Source: Verrucomicrobiota bacterium
GTDB lineage: Bacteria > Verrucomicrobiota > Kiritimatiellia > CAIQIC01 > JAGNIJ01
Direction of reading: 5' to 3'
Assembly (NCBI GenBank): GCA_043803015.1
Contig: JAZDKK010000039.1
Span: forward strand, 2,708 to 66,707
Length of the DNA: 64,000 bases
The notes beneath the pieces are model-generated. The model was not told the origin of the DNA and ran no database searches. It was given only the letters and a program-made list of their open reading frames with translations. Shown one piece after another: positions 12,501-19,793 of the stretch (the stretch's first letter is position 1; every line of letters starts with the position of its first letter). Made by a program: the position numbers and the translations under genes.

Positions 12501-13265
12501 ACCCGACATGGCATCGCTCAGAAAGGTCGCACGGTTGTACCCCATCGTTGCGCTCAGCGAGGCAACGCCCAGTCCCGCGATGTTGGTGTACGGTTTGAAA
12601 CCGGGATCCAAGACCCGATTCACACCATCGACAGTTGCCTCCACCCAGAAGTGCGTCATGCGGATGTTGCCCTGGTAGTTGCTTGCTGGCACATAGAAGG
12701 TGTTGAGTATGCCGAGCACGTGGTCTTGGCTCACATCGAGAAGGTTGGCCAGAAACGATGTGCTGTATTGAACTTCTCCTTCAACATAGTGTGCGTCCGT
12801 GCTTGCATCGGCAGCCCTGAGCAGCGCGATCAGGAGGGAGCACTGGTCCAGGTCGTTCCCTCGTTTGGCCAGCAACGTGGCGGTCGCGCCGTTGCGGGAG
12901 CCGTGATAGATGGAGTAGTCGATGCAGTTGCGGACGTATTCGAAAATGCGCGCGGGATCGTTCTGGAGCCCGTAAGCAAGGGCCTTGATGTTAGGTGTGA
13001 CCTCCGTCTCGCTGGTGCTAGGCCCGCCAAGGAGCATCATTCCTTCCTGAGGTGCATTGGAACTCACGTACTGCTGCCACTGGTCTGGTGTGCCGGGGCG
13101 AGGCTGGGCCAGAGCCCAGCCAGCAGGGACTTCGCTGGCCGGGGCATACGCGTGTGACATCACGAGCAGTATCAGCGCCCAAGATGCGCAGCGTTCGACT
13201 GCCCCAGCTTGTCCCCAGCGATGTCCTCCCGGCGGCGCTGTGAGTTCTATTCGCGAACCTGCCAT
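6549..13265 (-). CDS. RHS-repeat polymorphic toxin with signal peptide, N-terminal transglutaminase-like domain, YD-repeat shell with an inserted beta-sandwich domain, RHS core and an HExxH C-terminal tip
   Basis: 2238 aa.
- Cys-His-Asp transglutaminase-like core: DQCSLLIALLRA, HFWVEA, VLDP.
- Dozens of YD repeats of the YxYDxxGNL type.
- Core end: YYSSEYKRFLSSDPIGLAGGNNLYLYANANPLFFLDVLGLC.
- A 223-aa tail containing HESVH. Confidence 0.9.
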   Translation of the reverse strand: MAGSRIELTAPPGGHRWGQAGAVERCASWALILLVMSHAYAPASEVPAGWALAQPRPGTPDQWQQYVSSNAPQEGMMLLGGPSTSETEVTPNIKALAYGLQNDPARIFEYVRNCIDYSIYHGSRNGATATLLAKRGNDLDQCSLLIALLRAADASTDAHYVEGEVQYSTSFLANLLDVSQDHVLGILNTFYVPASNYQGNIRMTHFWVEATVDGVNRVLDPGFKPYTNIAGLGVASLSATMGYNRATFLSDAMSGASQANPNEVANVNEANVRSDLAQYSTNLVACFRSTYPNASIEQIVSGRKIVAQEYTTLPTSLPYAQQILSQTSRSSLPDTHFAKLTIEHPPPSSFTNTFKAYEIAGKRVSIFYTGADNRPQLRVDGQLIKEGNNPVTTGTYFQVKLTVSIPTADGPDSKYKYLTLIATNRYVIAQDFGSTSPEMIAGQNDALTKAREAGGSQSSEEVLGGALNVMALTWFHEKYLYRRLAGALHGMAWVNHYGAGAMAQEEGYYIDVPLAFSAIGEKTGDGSGQSAWFLHSVCMASAFEHGMLEQMQGTDKPAASTMKLLQLSNSNGKTNYMVTGAYWSAVTNKLKNYTSDELAVIAVYVTNLACTVVLPEDANIALAEWTGLGYVAYSSSLGAMIISGGYSGGYGGTPAQIIYDPIQQNIVASISSQDTAENLHVSDEPVDLFSGDYLFEHTDLSLGSREPSGLDFTRLYSSGNGLRRGPLGWGWTHNYDIEAVRHSHGDPAMGTRQPVDAASLIAHSIVANDLLKNELNIKGWMATVLATKWAMDQLTDNAVTIRQGNRSTEYVKLADGSYNPPPGVTTKLVATDPTNGTYQLQERFGTRMEFQSCNVTGRLQGAQWHHLISVEGEHYDSMIPRSQHYWSNVLTSATDTSGGAYSEAGPNNGANINTGIETTAPELVYNILCTEAGVHRLWIRGSGTNSGANSCHAGLDGSVDFVYVDFASDGTWDWQRDQESGQDNVVTLEEPGAHTINVWMREDGFKLDKLVLTTSTNQYSLSDPDLGPDESPLQTLNYCKIKWWEDADSNRMEFVYDGYGNLAWVTDCRGRSLLFDYNYKSNCCLASVSDSSGRSVSYVYGAYTNLTRFTDPEGNQWTYTYGTNHWLTSIKDPLNQVTISNRYDELGCVTSQVSATGYEWKFYISRVRNVEQDPEGGQTIHCFDELGRRTCVQDAYSNRVYTYYDGQNHVTNAMDARGYATIYQYDGAHNVTNLINALSNATAFTYDTQYHVVSVKDPLGHVTGCGYDGEHHLTNVVDALGNATRTTYTADGLPQVITDAKGNQTTFTYDSYGNPATVQRTDGGTVSNSCDSVGNLLSSRDPNGNMSTYAYDKRRLLLKQTDALGYSISNAYNGAGLLVTVRDRKGNLTSNTYTKAYKLAATVYASGAVVSNTYSGRDLLVADRDPLGRTVTNRYDAVSRLTNTTDALGRKTSYSYDPSGNLLTTRDDLGNVVSNQYDALNRIVKATDQLGNDTDYEYDAAGRLVAVVDALGAATEYQYDAAGRRTAILRPGSVVDSFEYDPLGNLLAFVNGEGKMTSFGYDGMSRVVAETNALGYVTSYTYDPVGNCLSRIDAKDQTVNYYYSPVNLLTNLLYPDSSRVGYQYDANRNVTCVTSVSTVVSYAYDIMNRLLSSTTQVSGLTLPVSYQYDLTGNRTNIAYPGGLNVAYVFDAADRIEKVRDWGNRETVYTYDNVDRLTGIDYPSGVDATYTPDAAGRVVGYEYTKGAATLIERTITRNALGHKMLENVAAGLEPMPSTPTVQTRAHDPADRMTNIFAKAAPDSGSGTNSAYACDANGNLTLAPSAVQYSWDYDSRLTNWQSAVGNRQFAYDGTGDRIRRVANGATSYFVVDRASALHNVLMEVATNGAPLRYYVWGANGLLAQIETNGTVYYVHPDELGSTLALTDTNANLVAQYAYGPNGESWGYTGTVQTVYTFIGGHGVYSEGSGLYRMKARYYSSEYKRFLSSDPIGLAGGNNLYLYANANPLFFLDVLGLCADSYYDGPSWGQGGSSGNSGYYDGPVLRAPVNASEQQHWTDMSYGKVPMTQADYVQAQVNGAIMETAVLTVLGGRGPASRATRPLRLPSTDATLAGTRTLGYTTPAGRVFLQPGLSRAEQVAALRHESVHAFLSPRGSGPVATFRQGLGQAAYDNSAFFNATEEIIAQTYASGSLRQGISHAFSGAYAVRGGTVVTPLNYAIEAGGGLTAFGFGSYVIGGGGQ

Positions 13266-13266
13266 T

Positions 13267-16200
13267 CTACTGCCCCTTGATTGAGACGTCGTCCACGCAC
13301 ACCTCGCCTGCTGAACCGCTGCTCAAGCGCACGCCGTGCAGAGATCCGCATCCTGAATAGCGGAAACCGAGGCCGGTTAGGGGCGGTCCCCCATCAACAG
13401 ACACCGCCCAAGTCTTGCCTGTGTAGTTGAGTATCACTTGCAGCTGAACCCATCGGTTGGGAAGCAGCGAGTTTGTGACGGCTTTCCATGAACCACCCCC
13501 GCTGCCGTCGTACGCCATGATGCCTTGGTCGGGATCGTAGCTGATCACGCCACTCGCATTCGTCGGAATGCTACTCGTCGCGGGAGGGAAGACACTCGCA
13601 TCGGTCAAGTACAGGTAGATCGTGTTCGTCACGACAGCATTCGTCCCGTACAGACCGTGCTGCGCAGACGAGCCCCAGCCGGAGAGGCAAACAGCTTGCG
13701 CGCCCTCGTGGACTGTGTTGGACTCGACAACCACGTTGGCTGAGGAGCACGTCCAATGGCCTTGACCGTCCAAACCCCCGCCCCAGAAGCCTTCGTTTGT
13801 TTCGAATCCCGTGGAGTACGGCAGAGGACTCTCCCAGACAGCGGGGTCTGTTCCATCGAGTACTTCTTGGCCATCGCTCCGCTCATCGCCGTCCGTATCG
13901 GTGTTCGTGGGATTGGCGCCATACTGAAACTCTTGGAGATTCAACAGCCCGTCCCCGTCCTTGTCTTGGAGCGCGTCGTACATCGTGTAGACCGCGTTGC
14001 TGCTGAGGGCGGTGGAGTACAGCCGGACGTCATCCAACTTGCCCTGCCAGTGGTAGTCGAACGACGGATCGTTACCCCAGCCGATGCGGACCTCCGCCTG
14101 CGTGGCAGCGACGAAACTGCCGGACTGCACCGCTACCTGTGCTCCGTCCACGTAGAGGCGAGCATTGGTCCCGTCGTACGTCAGCGCCAAGTACCGCCAG
14201 ACGTTCGTCATGGTGACTGTGGCGTAGGGGTAAGCGTAGCCGCCGCACGTGCCCAACAGCCCTGCGGGACCTGGCACGTCCTTGTCGTACCCGAGCCAGA
14301 ACCCCGGATAGTTGTACCCGCCGCACACGTACATGTCCGCGATCAGCGTCGGGTAATACGTCGGAAACCCGCTCTTGAGATACGCCCACCCGCTGGCGGT
14401 GAACTGCTGTCCCGTAATCATGGGCGGGTTCTGCGGGACTCTCACATAGTCGTTGGTCCCATCTAGTTCCAGCGCGTTGCCCAGCTTGCCAGTGACCCAC
14501 ACGTTCGTTGCCATATTCACGAGCTGGCCGTCATACGAGGAGGACGCCGCGTTATCAGCGTTCGTGCCGCTCGTTTCATCGAACTTCCACCAGCCGACGC
14601 GTGCCGCGGAAACCCCGGAGGACGGGTTGAGCCCGTACTGGATCTCCCACCAGTCCGGCATGCCGTCCTGGTCGCTGTCCAGGTCCGTCAGCGTGATGTT
14701 GATATTGCTGGTGCTGTTGACGAGATAGACGGGGTTGTTGGTGTAGGTACCTTGGGCCTCAGTCGCGTCATTGCTCTGGTTGCCGTTGGAGTCCCGATAG
14801 GCATCCACGTTGTACAGCCTCAGGTTCGGCACATTCGAGATGACATAGGCCCCTGGACTTGCCGTCTGCGCCTGGTAATGGCGGGACAGCCCGTGCTGGT
14901 AGAGAGAGGCAATCTCCTGCGCGCCCAGCAGGCGGGTAAAGATGCGCGTCTCGTCTTGGCGCCCGTAGAACGGCCAGATCCCCCCGGGCGCGCGCTTACC
15001 CAGCCATAGCTCGGCCGACGTGTCTGTTGTTGCGTGCGACCCATTTGTTTCTGCGGTGCCTTCCAGGACCCCGTTGACGTAGATCCGGCTCCGCATGAAG
15101 TTGGTCCCAACCTCGAACGTCCCGCAAAGGAAATACCATACCCCCGTGGTCATCAGTGTCGTGCTCAGAGCCTGCGCCCGGTTGGGCCAGGTCGCCATAA
15201 GCTCTGTCCCAGCCAGGTTCTGTGACTGCTGCCACAGCGCCCAGCCTGTGTAGGGATACGGTGTCTGGTACTTGCCGATGAAGAGGGATTCGATGTTGAG
15301 CTTCTCCAGCTTGACCCAGGTACATGCCGTCAGGCACGTTATGCCACCCACGACGACGTCCAGTACATCGCCCGTGCCGACCCTGATGTAGTCGTTGCTG
15401 AAGTAGTACGCCCCGCCAAGAACACCCGTGTTCGTGTACGTCGCCCCGAAAAGCCTTCCGGTATACCCGTTGCCGCTCATGTCCACGATGTTTGTGGGCT
15501 CGTCGATATTGAAGTCATAGTGAACTGCCAGCGAGTTAGTCGGCGGCTGGATGTTGGCTGTCACCCAAACCGTGCCCGTCTGCCTGCCGCCGTAACCGAC
15601 GTCCCCAGAAATCGCAACAGGATAGGAGTTCGAGTCGTCGGGGTCGGTCCCGGCAGCCAGTTCCGAGTAGTCCGTGAAGCCGTCGCCGTCCGCGTCCGGG
15701 TCTACCAGCAGGATGTCGATACCGCTGGCTTGGGCTGTGAGGTAGAGCGGGCTGCCCGTGTACACCCCGCACGGCTCCCAGCGCTCTCTCACGCCGTTGG
15801 TGTTGGCGTCCGCCCACGCGAAGATCGTGTACCGCTTGAGGGTTGACAGGTTGGTGAGCGTGTACGAGCCGGGAGATGGCAAGTTGGTTACTCCCACGAT
15901 GTAGAAGTTGACCCCAAGCTCGTAAAGATTCGTGACGTCGGTCAAACTCAACGCCCGGTCGTAGACCATGCCCTCATCGAGCCGCCCGATCCAGAAGGAG
16001 TTGGTTGACCAGTTGTGGAGGGCACCCATGATCACCTGCTTCCAGCCCGTGTTGACCGATCCCCCGCCGGTGCCGGAACCCAGAAACCCGCCATCGAGGT
16101 AGAAGGTTCCCGATGTCTGGACGCCGTCTACCACCAGCGCCACATGGTGCCAGGTACCGTGTTCCAGCGAGAACCCGCTGCTCTGCTGCTGCACGCCTGG

Positions 16201-19044
16201 GTCGCTAGGCCCCCCCGCGCTCAGGGCGTAACTGTAGAACACGTAGGTATTACTGACATAGTATGTGCCGATCAAATAGCGCCGGTCGAACGAGAACAGA
16301 TTGCGGGTGTTGGAGAAGTTCTTAGGATCACCTGAGTTAAACCACAGAGCCACTGTGTAACTGCTGTTGGTCGTTGGGTTCCTGCTGACCCGGATGTGAT
16401 CGTTCGTCCCGTCGAACTGGTACCAGCCGCCTGGCCCGTTGGTGACGTAGGTTGCCCCCCACATTACAGTCCCGCTGTTGGTGTGGCCCGAGAGGTCCGT
16501 AACGTTAGTGCCCTCGTTGTCGGCGAAGCTGTAGTACATCACCAAGCCGTTCGTAGGCGGCAGGGCTTCGGCCTTGATGTAGATCGTTCCTGTCAGCGTG
16601 CTCAGGTTCGAGATGGTTCCCGAGATGCTGGTCAGGAAGGAGTTCGTCAGGAGTGGGTTGGACCCGTTGCTGACTTCCAGCGCATCCGAGTACCCATCGC
16701 CATCCGTGTCGTTGGTCTTAGGGTTGGTGCCGTAGGTATTGACCTCGTCCCCGTCCCAGAGCGTGTCCCCGTCCGTGTCGTTGGTTTGCCAGTTAGAGAG
16801 GTCGGTCAGGTTGGTGTAGAGCCCGTTCCCATCCGTGTCCTCCAAGAAATCCCAGAGCCCGTCCCCGTCGCTGTCATTGGTGGAGGGGTAGTGGAATGAG
16901 ATGTCCACGACCGAGTTGGATTCCTTCACGTGGTTCGTGGCCGTGGTGAAGTGGTAGAGGCCCAGCGCATCTGCGTTCGCGGAGCCGGCGTTTACAGCCC
17001 CGGAGGTCTGAAGCAAGTAGTTGCTGCCTTGGGAGCCTACGGCAAACGGGCTGTTCGTCAGCACGAGCGTGTTGGTCCCCGCCCAGCCCGCCGTACAGTT
17101 GTAGGTCCCGTTGAAATCGAAGAGCGCCCTCACTTCGCAGTTCGAGCTGAACGTGTTCGTCACCGAGGCAAACACGGTATCTCGCACAGCCAATTGCGAT
17201 ACGCTACCTGTGGCGCACAGGGCCCAGTTGGTCATCCGGTCGAACGTGCAGGCTTGGACCAGGACTGCGTTCGCCTCAGCCCGGATGCCCTCCGGCGTGT
17301 CCCGAATCAGGCAGTTGAACACCGTGGCCGTCTCGGAGCCCTGGTTCACCTCGATGGCCCGGTCGCAGAACGAAAGCTGGGCGTCCTGCACGCGCTGTCC
17401 GCCGGCACTTGAGGAGAACCGAATGCCTGTTTGAGCGTACCGGATCCTCAGCCCTTTCACCGTGTTGTTGGTTGGAGATTCGAAGATCAGGGCGGCCCAG
17501 TACTTGTTGGAAACCGGGTTGGCGGAGTAAATGGTCTCGCCCGCGCCGTTCGTGTCGCCGGCGGTCGTGAACAGCGCCGGGCTCAGGGCGTGGGATTTCG
17601 TCTCGATCCGGGCGCCGTTCTGGAACTTGATACTCGCCGAGTTCGTGAGCTTCACAAAGCAGCCCGGCTCGATGGTCAGGATGGCGTTCGGGCCGTCGAA
17701 CACCAGCGGGTTCTTAATGAAGTACGTATTGGCCGTCCTGAACGTCACCTGGAGCGTGTTCGTGCCCGAATAGTCCACGTAATCCACGACATAGCGCTGC
17801 GGGGAGCGGGGAACGTAGACGGACCGCGAATTCACGCGAATTGACCCGCCTTCGCCGGGGGCTTTGGCGAGGCGCGGCGCGAAAGGAAGCGGCCTTTCTT
17901 CTCTTCCATTTCGCGTCGTTCGTGTATTTCGTGGGCTCCTCTTCCTTGCAATCCTTTGCGCCTCTTCGCGGCCATTCTTGCCTTCCGCGAAAAGATACGA
18001 GGCTTCCTTCATCAGGGCTCCCGCGAGGACTTCCTCCGAGAGGTACGTCCTCCCTTCCACCGAGAGCACCCGCATGGCCACCGGTTGCCCCGCGCCGCTC
18101 CCGCCCAGGGTCAGGCTGGCTTCATCTTCCGCGTATGCCTGGCACCGCTGCCAGTTGTGAATCCTCCGGCGGGTTCCGGGTTCCTGGGAGAACACCTGCA
18201 ACGGCGCCGGGCTCGGGTCGTCAGCTTTGATATCGCCCTCACGCTCGGTGTCCGCGCCAGAGAGATCGAAGTCCACCAGCTCCGTCAGGATACACAGGAC
18301 ACTTTCGTTGTCGTCCAACCCGTAGACCGAGGGCGAGGGCAGGCCGCCGAACAGCACAATGTCCTGCTCCAGGCCCCACGGATGGACGCGGTAGACGATG
18401 TCGGCATCTGCGCCGTCGAAAGCGCTTGGGTAGAACACGCCTTCGTCGAAGGGTTGGGCCTTGGAGTCCTTCACTTGGGCGAACACGAAGCTCTTCCCGG
18501 TGGTCTCCTCATAGTAGCTCAGGCCCGCCACGGCGCAGTTGGCGAGTTTCGTTCCGTCACCCGAGGTCTCGACCACGGTTTCCAGGTTGGCGTTGGCGGC
18601 GAAGCGGTACTGGACGGGCAGGTTGCTGAAGGTGACCACGCCGTCTGCGGCAACTTCGGGTTTTATAGCGGAAGGCTGCCACTGGCCCGCGTCGTCCCGA
18701 TAGTTCAAGCCGCTCCCCAGTTCCGTGTAGCCAGGCGAGATGATCTCGGACTGAACGCTGCCGTCGCTGTACGTTGTATAGCGTACCTGCTCGATCTTCC
18801 GGCTGAATTCCGAGCAGGACTCAGGCGCTTCGGTCCACTGCGTGACCGAGGAGACGGGAGCAGGTGGTGGGCCGGGCGGGGCGTTGGTCGAGGCGATCTC
18901 CGTCAGGACGGAGTCGCCGAGCAAGGTGTTCGTAGACAGAGCGTCGGGCTGATCGAGGTCGGGCAACTGAGCAAAGGAAACGCTGCAAACAACGAGCCCG
19001 ATCAGGTTGATCAAACCCAAGAGACTTCCGCTCCCCACTCTCAC
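13267..19044 (-). CDS. giant secreted multi-domain protein with a parallel beta-helix region, thrombospondin-type-3-like Ca-binding repeats and at least four LamG/ConA-like lectin domains
   Basis: The open frame runs to 19098, but there is no ATG there. The likely start is GTG 19044, behind a GGAGG Shine-Dalgarno, giving the signal peptide (M)RVGSGSLLGLINLIGLVVCSVSFA. DxDxDG repeats are present (DTDGDGYSD, DPDADGDGFTD, DSDQDGMPDWWE). LamG-like blocks are present (e.g. LDGTNDYVRVPQNP...WRYLALTYDGTNARLYVDG...GKLDDVRLY). The stop lies 1 nt before the RHS ATG. Confidence 0.85.
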   Translation of the reverse strand: MRVGSGSLLGLINLIGLVVCSVSFAQLPDLDQPDALSTNTLLGDSVLTEIASTNAPPGPPPAPVSSVTQWTEAPESCSEFSRKIEQVRYTTYSDGSVQSEIISPGYTELGSGLNYRDDAGQWQPSAIKPEVAADGVVTFSNLPVQYRFAANANLETVVETSGDGTKLANCAVAGLSYYEETTGKSFVFAQVKDSKAQPFDEGVFYPSAFDGADADIVYRVHPWGLEQDIVLFGGLPSPSVYGLDDNESVLCILTELVDFDLSGADTEREGDIKADDPSPAPLQVFSQEPGTRRRIHNWQRCQAYAEDEASLTLGGSGAGQPVAMRVLSVEGRTYLSEEVLAGALMKEASYLFAEGKNGREEAQRIARKRSPRNTRTTRNGREERPLPFAPRLAKAPGEGGSIRVNSRSVYVPRSPQRYVVDYVDYSGTNTLQVTFRTANTYFIKNPLVFDGPNAILTIEPGCFVKLTNSASIKFQNGARIETKSHALSPALFTTAGDTNGAGETIYSANPVSNKYWAALIFESPTNNTVKGLRIRYAQTGIRFSSSAGGQRVQDAQLSFCDRAIEVNQGSETATVFNCLIRDTPEGIRAEANAVLVQACTFDRMTNWALCATGSVSQLAVRDTVFASVTNTFSSNCEVRALFDFNGTYNCTAGWAGTNTLVLTNSPFAVGSQGSNYLLQTSGAVNAGSANADALGLYHFTTATNHVKESNSVVDISFHYPSTNDSDGDGLWDFLEDTDGNGLYTNLTDLSNWQTNDTDGDTLWDGDEVNTYGTNPKTNDTDGDGYSDALEVSNGSNPLLTNSFLTSISGTISNLSTLTGTIYIKAEALPPTNGLVMYYSFADNEGTNVTDLSGHTNSGTVMWGATYVTNGPGGWYQFDGTNDHIRVSRNPTTNSSYTVALWFNSGDPKNFSNTRNLFSFDRRYLIGTYYVSNTYVFYSYALSAGGPSDPGVQQQSSGFSLEHGTWHHVALVVDGVQTSGTFYLDGGFLGSGTGGGSVNTGWKQVIMGALHNWSTNSFWIGRLDEGMVYDRALSLTDVTNLYELGVNFYIVGVTNLPSPGSYTLTNLSTLKRYTIFAWADANTNGVRERWEPCGVYTGSPLYLTAQASGIDILLVDPDADGDGFTDYSELAAGTDPDDSNSYPVAISGDVGYGGRQTGTVWVTANIQPPTNSLAVHYDFNIDEPTNIVDMSGNGYTGRLFGATYTNTGVLGGAYYFSNDYIRVGTGDVLDVVVGGITCLTACTWVKLEKLNIESLFIGKYQTPYPYTGWALWQQSQNLAGTELMATWPNRAQALSTTLMTTGVWYFLCGTFEVGTNFMRSRIYVNGVLEGTAETNGSHATTDTSAELWLGKRAPGGIWPFYGRQDETRIFTRLLGAQEIASLYQHGLSRHYQAQTASPGAYVISNVPNLRLYNVDAYRDSNGNQSNDATEAQGTYTNNPVYLVNSTSNINITLTDLDSDQDGMPDWWEIQYGLNPSSGVSAARVGWWKFDETSGTNADNAASSSYDGQLVNMATNVWVTGKLGNALELDGTNDYVRVPQNPPMITGQQFTASGWAYLKSGFPTYYPTLIADMYVCGGYNYPGFWLGYDKDVPGPAGLLGTCGGYAYPYATVTMTNVWRYLALTYDGTNARLYVDGAQVAVQSGSFVAATQAEVRIGWGNDPSFDYHWQGKLDDVRLYSTALSSNAVYTMYDALQDKDGDGLLNLQEFQYGANPTNTDTDGDERSDGQEVLDGTDPAVWESPLPYSTGFETNEGFWGGGLDGQGHWTCSSANVVVESNTVHEGAQAVCLSGWGSSAQHGLYGTNAVVTNTIYLYLTDASVFPPATSSIPTNASGVISYDPDQGIMAYDGSGGGSWKAVTNSLLPNRWVQLQVILNYTGKTWAVSVDGGPPLTGLGFRYSGCGSLHGVRLSSGSAGEVCVDDVSIKGQ

Positions 19045-19329
19045 GCCCACCCTCCCTGATTCCAAGCGTGGACACAACCCCTGCGCCGTTCGGTGCACAG
19101 CCTAAGGGGGCATGCGCCGAATGCAAGCAGTTTCCTTTCCCCATCTCATTGCCCTCCCCGGCCCGGGCTCTTCGGCCTGTTGGCCCGCCTGGCTGAAGTG
19201 CGGGTTTCTGGCTGTCTTCCTTCGCCAGCAGGCTGAAGCCTGAACGCCAGCGGGCCGCGGATTCCCTTTTTTTCTGCCCGCCGAACCGCGTCTGTGATAG
19301 CCTGTTCCCGGCTTTGGAGGCGCGAACAC

Positions 19330-19608
19330 ATGGTGGCGAAATACCAGCGGCGGCCAGGCGTCGGCGAACAGCAGGTGGGCGACGAACGGATGCTCCTGGA
19401 CGAGGCGTCCAATGCCGTCCACGTGCTGAACGGCTCCGCGGCGTCCATCTGGGATTGCCTGAAGGCTCCGGTCACGCTCGACGAAATCCGGCAGCGGCTC
19501 TCCTCGGAGTACGACCTGGGCGCCGCCCGCAACGTCCCCGCCATGATCCAGCACACGCTCGACGACCTGCAGAAGAAGGGCTTGGTCCTGACGGTCTCCG
19601 CTGACTAG
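19330..19608 (+). CDS. PqqD-family protein (RiPP-recognition-element-like peptide chaperone)
   Basis: ATG 19330, 8 nt after GGAGG. The 92-aa sequence GDERMLLDEASNAVHVLNGSAASIWDCLKAPVTLDEIRQRLSSEYDL...DDLQKKGLV fits the PqqD pattern of beta-strands, LN..a..iW and a helical bundle. Confidence 0.8.
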   Translation: MVAKYQRRPGVGEQQVGDERMLLDEASNAVHVLNGSAASIWDCLKAPVTLDEIRQRLSSEYDLGAARNVPAMIQHTLDDLQKKGLVLTVSAD

Positions 19609-19640
19609 TACATACGAAAGAAGTCTTTTGACAATTCACA

Positions 19641-19740
19641 CCCTCTCCCCGCCATGGCGGGCAAGCCCCATGGAGAGAGAGGTAGAGCCCGGTTCATCCG
19701 GGCTAGGGTAGCCCGCGTGAAGCGGGCTCTACGGGGGGGG
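19641..19740. repeat. palindromic hairpin cluster between the PqqD gene and the DUF362 gene
   Basis: CCCTCTCC...GGAGAGAGAGG surrounds the palindrome GCCATGGC. GTAGAGCCCG (19682-19691) pairs with CGGGCTCTAC (19723-19732), enclosing two smaller hairpins (CCCGG-TTCAT-CCGGG and CCCGC-GTGAAG-CGGG). Confidence 0.5.
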
Positions 19741-19793
19741 GCGGAACCGAGCAATCGTTGTTCGCCTTGCTGCGTTTGCATTAGGGCCTATGT

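Noticed and set aside
6549-13265. I considered whether the RHS protein is a T6SS effector or a Tc-toxin BC component.
   Set aside because: I could recognise no PAAR, VgrG, Hcp, TcA or TcB-specific N-terminal region in the protein or its neighbours. The protein has a Sec-type signal peptide instead. The question remains open pending HMM searches.
19112-19243. A 43-codon ORF (MRRMQAVSFPHLIALPGPGSSACWPAWLKCGFLAVFLRQQAEA) lies in the divergent region upstream of the PqqD gene. I considered it as a precursor peptide.
   Set aside because: The purine-rich stretch sits only 1-2 nt from the ATG, so there is no usable Shine-Dalgarno spacing. The region is the promoter/5' region of two divergent operons, and nothing marks the sequence as a leader/core peptide. 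It is kept only as a fallback to test.
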